DNA of 55,868 bases from a virus. Lineage: Duplodnaviria; Caudoviricetes. The stretch spans positions 1 to 55,868 of IMG/VR virus record IMGVR_UViG_3300036781_000517, one strand, 5' to 3'. Positions 17,720 through 26,465 of this stretch are shown in pieces. The notes beneath the pieces were generated by a model. It had not been told where the DNA came from. It worked only from the letters and a program-made list of their open reading frames with translations, and searched no databases. The number at the start of each line of letters is the position of its first letter. Position 1 is the first letter of the stretch. Made by a program: the position numbers and the translations under genes.

Positions 17720-18213
17720 GTCTTTGCCTCGGCTTGAATCTTGGCCCAGAGAAAGGCGACGGCGAGATCGGTGGCCTGCTGGGCCTTGGCGGCAAAGCCG
17801 CGCTGCATGAAATGCTGACCAGGGATGAACTTTCGACCCGCGGCGAGGCTCAGCTCGTGATACCGCCGCTTGGCGCCGGCGCCCTTGCCCTCCGCTCCCT
17901 TGGCCAGACGCTTCCCGGTGAAGTGGCCGCCCTCGACCCAATCCGTGTAGAACGCGCCGGACTTACTCTTTGCGGACGGGGTCGTGATCAGCACGGAGAC
18001 CTCGCCCTTCCTGCGCCGACCCGCGCGAATCTTGATTCCCCTCTGGAGCTTGCCGGTGCGATCCGGCGCTTCACGGACCTGTTCGGCCTGGATGATTTTC
18101 GCGCCGGTCTTGAGCGCATCCTTGGCGAACTGGCTGGCGACCTTCCGTTCGAGCTCGCGCAGTGCCCGATCGAGTTCGTTGACGCCTCGAACTTCAATCG
18201 CTTTAGCGGCCAT
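17716..18213 (-). CDS. HK97 gp10-like tail completion protein
   Basis: IEVRGVNEL...APDRTGKL...VEGG...PGQHFMQRGF. Confidence 0.9.
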   Translation of the reverse strand: MAAKAIEVRGVNELDRALRELERKVASQFAKDALKTGAKIIQAEQVREAPDRTGKLQRGIKIRAGRRRKGEVSVLITTPSAKSKSGAFYTDWVEGGHFTGKRLAKGAEGKGAGAKRRYHELSLAAGRKFIPGQHFMQRGFAAKAQQATDLAVAFLWAKIQAEAKT

Positions 18214-18557
18214 CAGGCGGGCAATTCGGTTGCGAACACAGCGAGCGAGTGATTGCGCTCTTCGACGTTGAGGACAGTGTTGATGGAGAACGATCGATCG
18301 CCCCAGATGATCAGGTCCGTGGGCTTTACCGGCTGCGTCGAGTTGTAGCGCATCGTGATCTTGTGGCTGACGCTGGCGGCGAACGACTTGGCGTACTCCG
18401 CCTCGCGCCCACTCACGGGCTCGATCTTGCACCACGGCCGCGCGTAGGTGATCTGATTGGGGATCGGCGCACCGTATTCGTCCTGCGCGGATTCCGCCGC
18501 TTCGTTGCGCTGCAACTCGACGCGGTGGCGAAGTTCGCCGGCTTGGATGCGCTCCAT
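18213..18557 (-). CDS. head closure / head-tail adaptor
   Basis: AGELRHRVELQ...IEPVSGRE...KITMRY. Confidence 0.92.
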   Translation of the reverse strand: MERIQAGELRHRVELQRNEAAESAQDEYGAPIPNQITYARPWCKIEPVSGREAEYAKSFAASVSHKITMRYNSTQPVKPTDLIIWGDRSFSINTVLNVEERNHSLAVFATELPA

Positions 18558-20284
18558 CAGTCCTCAACGATGTGGAATTCCAGCACGCATGCCGCCGTGT
18601 GAGCGCGGGCGTATGGCGCGTTGGTCCCGAGCCGGCCCTGCATCGACTCTCCGGGCTTGAGTTTGCCGAACGGATAGAACGTGCCGGCGACCTGAATGCC
18701 GATCTCGATGTAGTTCGTCGCGTCGGTATTGAGCAGGGAGTAGACCCCGGCCGTCGAAAGATCGCCGACCGGAATCGCGACGCCTTCGCTGCCGGCGGCG
18801 ACGCTGAAGGCGCCCTCGGATGAGCGGTTTCCCGTCATGTCGATCGTCGTCGGGATTTTCCGGGAAATGCTCAGTGCCCCCTTGCTGACGGTGAGCTGCT
18901 GCAACATTGTGATTTCGCGTGCCATGCCGATTCCTTGTTCAACGAACCAGAGTCCGATCGCGCCGGCCGGACGAACGAACGTCCGGGCTTGCAGCTCGTC
19001 GGGAAGGGTCAAGTCCGCCGAGTCCACGCCCGGCGCGAAGGTGATGCGGTAGACCCGCCAATGACCGGCGGGACCGACGCAAAGGGCGCCGCTCACGAGC
19101 GCCGATGCGTCGAAGAGGACAGTTGTTTTCGTCAGCGGCCGGACAGACGTCGCAGATCGGGCCAACCACTGGTACTCGGCGAGCAGATCGCTCATCACGC
19201 CGTCGTCGCCCGCGCCTTTCGCCGTGCTGAGGGCGTCGGTCGGTGGATTGAAGTAAAGAAAATTCGTCGTCCCACACGTCAGAAGCAGGTGGTAGAGCAG
19301 CTCCTGGTAGTAGTCCGTGTCGTGCAGGACCTCGTTAAATCTGATGTCCTTGTACGCTCGATATTGCACCCAAGGCAGAATCGGAACGCTACTGGCCCGG
19401 ACCAGCGCCCGCATGTTGCTGATCTGCCAGCCCAGCGTCGCCATCGGGTTGGTCCATACTGGCGTCCCAACCTCACGGCTGTGGGGAGGTCTGCCCAGAG
19501 GGTAAAACACGACGCCCCCGAGATTGGTGTATGTCGCGGGCGACTGATGCGTGCCGGGTACGTCGTAGCCAATAGTTTCCCACCCGTTGTAATCGACCAG
19601 AGGGTCGGACTCTGGCGCGATGATGTAGGCGCCGCTGTCGTCACCGCCGAATTGCGAGTAACCCGCGTCGGGGAAAACACTGACGAGGCTGTCATAGATC
19701 GCGGCCCGCAACGCCTGCCCGAGCAGATGCGTCATTACCGCGTTCCATCGCTTGGCTTCGAGGTCGCTTCCGGGTGGGACCTCGCGATCGACCACGACGC
19801 CGTCGTACAGTGCTCGGGCCGACGGCGAGCCCTCGGCGAAGCGAGGGTCCGCAGCGATCGCCTCGTATTGTGGATTGCCGCCTGTTACCGAAATTACAAA
19901 GTCGGACAGGTTGAAGCCGGCTTGCTCAATATCTGTAACGACAAAATCAATCGTCGCTCCGGCGTCTTTCACAGCCTGGAGCAGCGGGACGAGCCACGCC
20001 TGTACTGCGGCGGTGCCGGTCGGAAACCACGGGCTGATAAAATCTACAAAGTCGCCGTCGGCGTCCTTGCACCGATCCTCCGTGTGCCCGAGCAGCAGCG
20101 TGTGGAAGTCCGAAAGGACGATCACCCGCTTGCCGATCGGCATCGTCAGGAGCTGGGTCGCAACGTTGCCAGGGTCATCCGCCACATGCACGAACGGCAT
20201 CGTGACGACGTGATCCAGACCGCTCGCTGTCGGCGTCAGCGTGTCGGCGGTGAAGGCGAAGGCGGTGTAGCCGGAGATCACCAC
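18557..20284 (-). CDS. two-part protein: large enzyme-like domain plus 122-aa structural domain (internal start 18925)
   Basis: 575 aa ORF coupled on both sides; internal AAGGA-ATG (MAREIT...). Confidence 0.7.
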   Translation of the reverse strand: MVISGYTAFAFTADTLTPTASGLDHVVTMPFVHVADDPGNVATQLLTMPIGKRVIVLSDFHTLLLGHTEDRCKDADGDFVDFISPWFPTGTAAVQAWLVPLLQAVKDAGATIDFVVTDIEQAGFNLSDFVISVTGGNPQYEAIAADPRFAEGSPSARALYDGVVVDREVPPGSDLEAKRWNAVMTHLLGQALRAAIYDSLVSVFPDAGYSQFGGDDSGAYIIAPESDPLVDYNGWETIGYDVPGTHQSPATYTNLGGVVFYPLGRPPHSREVGTPVWTNPMATLGWQISNMRALVRASSVPILPWVQYRAYKDIRFNEVLHDTDYYQELLYHLLLTCGTTNFLYFNPPTDALSTAKGAGDDGVMSDLLAEYQWLARSATSVRPLTKTTVLFDASALVSGALCVGPAGHWRVYRITFAPGVDSADLTLPDELQARTFVRPAGAIGLWFVEQGIGMAREITMLQQLTVSKGALSISRKIPTTIDMTGNRSSEGAFSVAAGSEGVAIPVGDLSTAGVYSLLNTDATNYIEIGIQVAGTFYPFGKLKPGESMQGRLGTNAPYARAHTAACVLEFHIVED

Positions 20285-20949
20285 TGCACCGGGACACTGA
20301 AGGAATCCACGAGCGAGCTAAACGCCAGGGCAATCTCATCGCCGATGGAGCCGACGGCGTTGCGGTTGTCGTACCAGGACCCGATCAGCAGTTTGATCGC
20401 GTGCTTGGCGGCCGCCGGCACCAGGTCAGCGGATGGGTATCCGGCGGTGAAGCAGATCTGCACGGCGTTGGGCCGGAACTGAGCCGACGGCCAGGACGCC
20501 CCCGACGAAGGCGCAATCCGCGGCGGCTCGGAGTCGCCGTCGGCGATGTACGCCGAGGGATCCAGCGTTTGCAGCACCCCGTTGACGTCATAGTAGGAAA
20601 AGGACGTCACCGCGATCAGGGGCGAGCGCGGCAAAAGGATCCCCCACGCCGTCGGGTCCAGCGGCCAGACGTTGTTGATCACCGGCGTGACAACGTTGGG
20701 GTTGCCCGGCGCGAACTGAGTGTTGGGCAGCAACGGGAATCGGTCCAGCGACAGCCGGTAGGTCGCCTCCATCAAGGCCCGGCCCGACTGGGCAACGACC
20801 AGCTCGCGGGCGGTGGAGATCAGGCCCGAGATCAGATCGTTGTCGTAGTCCCCATCGATGCGGAGGTGCTGCTGGGCCTCTATCACCGACACCGGCTCGG
20901 ACGCCGGTGGGGTGAGGATCTTGGTGGCAAAGTGGGACTGCGTCGGCAT
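20278..20949 (-). CDS. head-tail connector (HK97 gp6-like)
   Basis: EPVSVIEAQQHLRID...AIKLLIGSWYDNR. Confidence 0.93.
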   Translation of the reverse strand: MPTQSHFATKILTPPASEPVSVIEAQQHLRIDGDYDNDLISGLISTARELVVAQSGRALMEATYRLSLDRFPLLPNTQFAPGNPNVVTPVINNVWPLDPTAWGILLPRSPLIAVTSFSYYDVNGVLQTLDPSAYIADGDSEPPRIAPSSGASWPSAQFRPNAVQICFTAGYPSADLVPAAAKHAIKLLIGSWYDNRNAVGSIGDEIALAFSSLVDSFSVPVQW

Positions 20950-21053
20950 GAACTACCTTGCTACCATTCCGGCCAACCTGCCACTTTGGCACCCTCGGCC
21001 GCCACCCTCGTTTTTCGCACGCGAACGCGGCCCCCGGACGGCTCGCCTTTCGC

Positions 21054-21305
21054 CTAGGATCGCGTTTGCGGCGTTTGCCCGCCCGCGGACATCCTCACAC
21101 TCGTTTCAGGATGCGCCAATCGCCCTGAGGGCCATTGCCGGCCAACGGTACTGGCCGCGACGCCCCCCCCCCCTTCGCAGTTCAGACCGGCCCGCATACT
21201 CAGGTACGCGTCCGGCGGAATCCTGAACTCCCCGAATTTGTGGGGCTCCGGCTCCGGCGGCTCCGGCGCCGGCGCGACGGGCTGGCCATTGCTGTCCAGG
21301 ATCAT
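21054..21305 (-). CDS. small protein containing a G11 tract
   Basis: TGATG coupling; C-terminus depends on tract 21163-21173. Confidence 0.5.
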   Translation of the reverse strand: MILDSNGQPVAPAPEPPEPEPHKFGEFRIPPDAYLSMRAGLNCEGGGGVAASTVGRQWPSGRLAHPETSVRMSAGGQTPQTRS

Positions 21306-22222
21306 CAGATCGTGGAGGCCGTTCCGGCGGTAACACCGGCGGCCGCCGAGTAGGTGTTGCCGGCCACGAACCCCGCCGCGGCTGTGATCGGGGTCGTGCC
21401 GCTGGGCACGTTGATGCGGTTGTTGACGATGAATGGGGTTGATGCCGCGTTCACAGAGATCGCCAGCGTCCCCGTCGCGATCACGAAGCGGTTGCTGTCG
21501 ATTAACCCCCGCAAGTTCGCGGTGGCGTTGAGGATGGCCTGAGTCATCTTCCCGGTGAAGTAGCACTCTCGGATGATGTAATCGACGCCGACCTCGTGCT
21601 TGATGCACGCGGTGACGGTGGCCGTCGAGGTTGCCGGACCGAGGAAGCGGCACCGCTCGATGCGGAGCCGATCGGCCGTCGCGGCGGTGAGGATCCCCAG
21701 GACCGGAGCACTGGTGCCATCGGAGATGATGAAGTCGCAGTCCTGGATGGCCACGTCGGCGCCGGTGATGCTGATGGCGGCGACGATGGCGGTGATGCCG
21801 GTCAGGTTGAACACCACGTTGGCCACCAGCACGTTGGCGGCACTGAAGATCGCCTGAGCCGCGGTGGAAGTGGAGAAGGTGAGCGTGGGCCGCTTGGCGC
21901 CATTGCCCAGGCCAAAGATCGAGACGCCGGCGACGGCCACGGTCAGCCCGGCGGCGGCAACAACGGACTCCGCATGGCCGGGCATAAGAAAGACGCGATC
22001 GCCCTTGTCGGCGGTGCACAGGGCCAAGGCCTGCGTCAGCGTCGCAACGGGAGAGGCGAAGGAGAGGCCATCATTGCTGGCGGATCCGGCGACGGAGGAA
22101 ACAAAGAAATCCGTCCCGGGTGCGAGCCCGCGCACGGCGCCCTGGACGAGCAGCGTGCCGCTGGGGGCAATCACCTGGGTGTTGCCATCAAGGTTGTAGA
22201 CCTTGGTGTTGGGAAAGTTCAC
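21305..22222 (-). CDS. head-associated beta-helix (pectin lyase-like) protein
   Basis: FVSSVAGSASNDGLS...ATLTQAL...GDRVFLMPGH; I.DC.F/I.RC.F repeats; AGGAG RBS. Confidence 0.8.
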   Translation of the reverse strand: MNFPNTKVYNLDGNTQVIAPSGTLLVQGAVRGLAPGTDFFVSSVAGSASNDGLSFASPVATLTQALALCTADKGDRVFLMPGHAESVVAAAGLTVAVAGVSIFGLGNGAKRPTLTFSTSTAAQAIFSAANVLVANVVFNLTGITAIVAAISITGADVAIQDCDFIISDGTSAPVLGILTAATADRLRIERCRFLGPATSTATVTACIKHEVGVDYIIRECYFTGKMTQAILNATANLRGLIDSNRFVIATGTLAISVNAASTPFIVNNRINVPSGTTPITAAAGFVAGNTYSAAAGVTAGTASTI

Positions 22223-22414
22223 GGTGGCTCCTGTTGAGGTTTGAGGGAATCAAGCCCGACGGACGATCGCCGCCCGCGGCGGGTGTCGCTGAGAAACGCC
22301 TGGGGCGCGACGCACGCATAGACGATCAAAATCGTCCACGCGATCGCCGATTTCACCAGCGAGACAAACAGCATCAAGGTAAGCGGCGCGGAAGCGCGTC
22401 TCCGACGAGGGCGG

Positions 22415-22570
22415 CTACTTCTTGGCCGGTTCGGTCTTCTCTTCGACAACGAGCGTGGCGTTGCCGTTGGCGATATGCCGCTCGGCTTCCGCCTTGGGAA
22501 GGTCGAGGATGTCGCCGGGCTTCCAGGAACGGGCTTCGCTCGCGAGCGAGGTGGTCAGTTGGATCTTCAA
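22415..22570 (-). CDS. small head-region protein (51 aa, absent from ORF track)
   Basis: GGAG plus TTG; MKIQLTTSLASEARSWKPGDILDLPKAEAERHIANGNA... Confidence 0.75.
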   Translation of the reverse strand: MKIQLTTSLASEARSWKPGDILDLPKAEAERHIANGNATLVVEEKTEPAKK

Positions 22571-22650
22571 GGGATGCTCCGGAAAGAGATAAGTAAAAAA
22601 CAGCGGGGCGATCGCCCCACGTCGGCCGTGGCGATGAGGACCGCCGATGC

Positions 22651-23079
22651 TTACGCCGTGCCGGCGATGGGGTCCTTGAGGAAGACGCCGGTGACCAGGC
22701 TGACGAAGTTGGTCAGCGGCAGCGGAGCCTTGCCGTTCCAGCGGATCACCCAGACGACCGAGATGGTGCTCGTCGCGCCGGCGCGGACCGCGGAGAGCCC
22801 GAGATAACGAAGGGTGGGGCGTTCGACGGCGATGACGATCGCGCCGTTGTCGGCAATGGGGGTGATCTTGGAGCCGGCCAGGTCCGCGATCGTGCCCAGG
22901 GCCGAATCGGTGTCCTGCCCGAGCTTGACGTAGTTGCCGGCGTTGAAGCTGCCCAGGCTCAGCAGGATCAGGCAGTTGTCGTATTCCGCCATGTCGATCG
23001 AGGTGAACGCGATCGTGCTGGTGCCAGTCGCCGTGGCGTTGGCGAGCTTGTCGATTTTCACGTCAGTGTGGAGATTCAC
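22651..23079 (-). CDS. putative capsid decoration/cement protein
   Basis: Follows capsid gene; AAAGGA RBS, GTG start; IDMAEYD...RYL beta-sandwich pattern. Confidence 0.7.
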   Translation of the reverse strand: MNLHTDVKIDKLANATATGTSTIAFTSIDMAEYDNCLILLSLGSFNAGNYVKLGQDTDSALGTIADLAGSKITPIADNGAIVIAVERPTLRYLGLSAVRAGATSTISVVWVIRWNGKAPLPLTNFVSLVTGVFLKDPIAGTA

Positions 23080-23117
23080 GGGAAATCCTTTCGGAGAGGA
23101 GTCATTCGGATGAAGAG

Positions 23118-23153
23118 ACGAGCGCCCGCTGCGTCGCCGCAGCGGGCGCTCGT
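23118..23153 (-). terminator. 16-bp perfect hairpin with GCGA loop after the capsid gene
   Basis: acgagcgcccgctgcg-N4-cgcagcgggcgctcgt; weak U tail. Confidence 0.65.
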
Positions 23154-23227
23154 GCGATCGGTTTGAAGGGGCAAAGGGGAGTCCGGTACCGCCTCGTCTT
23201 TTTTGACGATCACGGCCGACAGGATGG

Positions 23228-24553
23228 CTACGGGTGGACCAGGTAGCGGACCGGGTGCTGCCCGGAATCAATCAGGTTCCCGTCGAAGCGCTGGTAGAGC
23301 ATGAACCCGATCTGCAGCTTGTCCATGAACCGCTCGCCGAAGCGCACCATCTGAGCCTGGCGAACGCGGCGGATCTTGTACTTGCTCAGATCGCCGAAAG
23401 TCACCGTCTTCTGTCCGGTGGCGACGCTGGGCATGTCCTGGTTGATCACGTACGGGAAGCCGTCGACGGTGTCGGGGCGGCGGTTCTGAACGCCTTCGGC
23501 GGTGCCGCCCGCGATCCAGAGGGGCCGGCCGTTTCCGTCGGTCAGCTTCTTGAGCAGCTTGAGGGTGCTGTCGTTGTACATGAACTTCGCGTTGGGCCGG
23601 TAGGCCGGATCAACGCTGTGCTCCAGGTCGAGCAGTTCGTTGTACGCGATCGCCGAGGTGCTGGCGGCGATGACGCCGGAAGTGGCGGCGACCAGGAGGC
23701 CGGTCATGTCGTTCGTGCCGGTGCCGACGGTGGCCAGGTTGTTGACCCGACGGCCCAGTCGGGTGCGGGCCGCATCCGACAGGAAGGTCTCGGGATCGAA
23801 GGCGCTGTCCTGCAGGAGCTGAACGGGAACGAGGATGATCCCCGAGTCCTTCATGTAGGCGCGCAGGGTGATCACGCCGAAGCTGGGATCCTGCGTCTCC
23901 GTCGCAGCGGCGTTCTCCGCGAGGTTCTCGCCGCTGTTGGCGGTGTCGTTGAAGGTCGGCCAGGGAAGGTCGTTGCCCTGATCGGTGTCCACGAAGCTGG
24001 CGTTTTCCAGCATGCCGCCGTACGCCTTGAGGGCGATGTCCAGGGTGTATTGAAATCCCTGGGGCACGGTATAGGCGCCAGCCGAACCCGTCGAAGCGGA
24101 CAGGGCTCGCAGTTCGAGCTCCTTGGGATCGTTGGGGTTGGTGACGTACAGCGACGTGGACAGGAGCGAGCGTTGTTCCTGGGTGAGGCCATTGTCTCCG
24201 GCGGTCATCCACTGGCGATAGACGCCGCGGTATTCCCGGTCCTTGGCCTTGCGGTCTTCGTCGGTGGTGGTGGCGCCCCCTTCACGGGTGACGTCCTCCC
24301 GGCCGGCGGGGCGCGGGTCGGAGCGGATCTCGCTCATTTGCTTCTCGACGCCAAGCTGCTTCTCGAAGCGGCCGATCTCCGCCAGCATGGCGTCGCCGTC
24401 GGTGTGGCGCTTCTCGAACTCCTGCGTCTCCTCGGGGGTGAGGGAGCGTTTCTCGACGGACCGGGCCGCGGCGGCGGTCAGGATGGCGCCGGCGGCGTCG
24501 AGGGTCCGCTTGCGCTCTTCGATCTTGTCCTTGAGCATCTGTCGCAGTGACAT
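23228..24553 (-). CDS. major capsid protein, HK97 fold
   Basis: N-terminal coiled-coil delta domain; GAYTVP, LLQDSAFD, GRPLW, FGDLSKY. Confidence 0.97.
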   Translation of the reverse strand: MSLRQMLKDKIEERKRTLDAAGAILTAAAARSVEKRSLTPEETQEFEKRHTDGDAMLAEIGRFEKQLGVEKQMSEIRSDPRPAGREDVTREGGATTTDEDRKAKDREYRGVYRQWMTAGDNGLTQEQRSLLSTSLYVTNPNDPKELELRALSASTGSAGAYTVPQGFQYTLDIALKAYGGMLENASFVDTDQGNDLPWPTFNDTANSGENLAENAAATETQDPSFGVITLRAYMKDSGIILVPVQLLQDSAFDPETFLSDAARTRLGRRVNNLATVGTGTNDMTGLLVAATSGVIAASTSAIAYNELLDLEHSVDPAYRPNAKFMYNDSTLKLLKKLTDGNGRPLWIAGGTAEGVQNRRPDTVDGFPYVINQDMPSVATGQKTVTFGDLSKYKIRRVRQAQMVRFGERFMDKLQIGFMLYQRFDGNLIDSGQHPVRYLVHP

Positions 24554-24726
24554 GGTTCTTCTCCGTTGGTCGTGCGGGGTGAAGCAGCGGCAGCGCCACG
24601 TCGCGCGTGCTGCAAATCAGTCCCGGTCGCCCGTCGTCTCGGCGGGGGTCGATCGGCGCGAACAACCGGCCAGCCATCCGGCTCGGCGGCCGGCTGTCGA
24701 TTGGTTCGCTGTGGTGACGTTGGGAA

Positions 24727-24795
24727 CGCAGCCGGGAGGGATCGAACCTCCGCGCGGGGGTACAACCCCCTGCTCTACCGCTGAGCTACAGCCGC
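24727..24795 (-). ncRNA. tRNA-like element with 5-nt anticodon loop (Thr-UGU-like)
   Basis: Acceptor GCGGCTG/CGGCTGC, D arm GCTC-AGCGGTA-GAGC, GGGGG-TTGTA-CCCCC, T arm GGAGG-TTCGATC-CCTCC. Confidence 0.85.
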
Positions 24796-24838
24796 TTGGT
24801 TTCCTGGGTTTTTGGAGGGAACCCGAGAATCGAAACCC

Positions 24839-25048
24839 TTACCGTGGAGTGTTCAGTTTCCCGCGTACGATCAAGTTGTCCCGGACGATCTCGGCGAGGC
24901 ATTTCCGCCGCTCGTCCAGCTCGCGACGCTCGGCCTCGTGCCACTGAGGGATCAGTTCGAGTAGTTCGCCGGCCAGCTCCAGCACGTCGAGCGCCGTCCG
25001 CATGGTTGGGCCGACGCGGATTTCGACGGTGAGGTTGCTGGCGGCCAT
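24839..25048 (-). CDS. hypothetical protein
   Basis: GAGGA RBS, helical 69 aa. Confidence 0.65.
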   Translation of the reverse strand: MAASNLTVEIRVGPTMRTALDVLELAGELLELIPQWHEAERRELDERRKCLAEIVRDNLIVRGKLNTPR

Positions 25049-25055
25049 ACGAGTG

Positions 25056-26465
25056 TTAGTCCTCGTCTTCGTCCTCGTCGGCCGCCTCGGCTTCGGTGTC
25101 GAAGGGGCCGGCCAGGTCCTTGCCGTCGGAATCGACGACGTAGAACTTGCCGCCGCGACTGACGACGGACCGCTTTTCGGTCTTCGTTGCCGCCCCCTTG
25201 GCCCGGACCTCGGCCGCTTTGGGCAGCAACGCCCGCAGTTCCGCCGTGGACTGCTGCTTCTCGGCCATCGTCTGGATCAGCTTGAGGTGACGGAGGGTGG
25301 AATCGACGTCGCCGGCGGCGGGGACGTCCTCTTCGTCGACGGCGCCCAGCTCCTGGAGCACGACCTTCACGCGACGGGCCTTGGCGATGAGGTTGAGGAC
25401 CTGGTCGAGGTAGTCGTCGATCGCCTCCTGATCGCGCTCGCTCAAATCGCCGGTGATGCGCGAGGCGACGTCCATCACGTTTTGGCAGGAGTCGAACGCG
25501 CTCCGCAGGCTTTCGATTCCCCAGCGGCAGGTGTACACCAGGCTGTCGTCTTCAATCTCCATCGTGGCCCGCTTCTCGGTCCCGCGGTGTGCGCCTCTGC
25601 TGGCCGCGGTGTCCGGCAGGCGGGCGATCGCCTTTTCGATGCTGCGGACGTCCACGGTCGTGCCGTCGTAGGCCGGGTAGGGTGTCGGGCTGATGTGCCC
25701 GAGCATCATGCTGTTGAGCGTCCGGACCGGAACGCCGTCGGCGCCGCGCTCCCAGGTGTCATCCGGTTCGTCGAATCCAAACGACATGCCGGGGATGTTG
25801 CGGTGCTCGACGTCTCCGACGAGATCGCGGGCAGCGGTGGTGTCGGGGAGGGCTGCCTCGAAGGCCAGGCCCTTGGCGTCTTCGCGGAGCTGGAGCGTGC
25901 CGGCTGTCGTGCGGGCGAGGACCGGGCCGGTATGGTCGATGCACATCGTGATGTCATCGCCGCTGGCCAGGGCACGCTGGAACGCGCCGGGGGCGATCTT
26001 CTCGACGAACTCCTTGCCGCTCTTGGTCTTGAGGGGCTTGGAAGTCTTGTCGAACACGGCGGCATAACCGACGAGTTTTTTCTTTCCGTCTGCGGTGGTT
26101 TCGACGCGCACCTCTGAGCAATGGAGCGTCCGTTTTTCCATTTCGCGGGCAGGAGCGGAGCGGACTTCAAGCGTGCCCATGTGTCGCGAGCTCCCGGCGA
26201 ACTCCTCCCAGCTCTGGCGAAGCTCTTCTGCCTGTGCCGGGGTGGGATCCGCGGTAATGGTGATGGCCTCGGCCACCGCATAGGCATCCATCTGTTCGTC
26301 AATGACCAAGACTCTGACGCCAGGCAGCGCCGCCGCGACAGTGTCTCGGAGCGCCGCGAGCTGTTCGCGCGCGGCTCTTGCCCTCACCTTGAGGATCAGA
26401 AATTCACCAGGCTCGATCACGACGCCGGCGAGAGACCCGTCGGCGGGGAGTGCGATAACTTTCAT
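25056..26465 (-). CDS. HK97-family prohead protease with N- and C-terminal extensions
   Basis: GYAAVF, IDH, GMSFGF, PYPAY motifs. Confidence 0.93.
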   Translation of the reverse strand: MKVIALPADGSLAGVVIEPGEFLILKVRARAAREQLAALRDTVAAALPGVRVLVIDEQMDAYAVAEAITITADPTPAQAEELRQSWEEFAGSSRHMGTLEVRSAPAREMEKRTLHCSEVRVETTADGKKKLVGYAAVFDKTSKPLKTKSGKEFVEKIAPGAFQRALASGDDITMCIDHTGPVLARTTAGTLQLREDAKGLAFEAALPDTTAARDLVGDVEHRNIPGMSFGFDEPDDTWERGADGVPVRTLNSMMLGHISPTPYPAYDGTTVDVRSIEKAIARLPDTAASRGAHRGTEKRATMEIEDDSLVYTCRWGIESLRSAFDSCQNVMDVASRITGDLSERDQEAIDDYLDQVLNLIAKARRVKVVLQELGAVDEEDVPAAGDVDSTLRHLKLIQTMAEKQQSTAELRALLPKAAEVRAKGAATKTEKRSVVSRGGKFYVVDSDGKDLAGPFDTEAEAADEDEDED

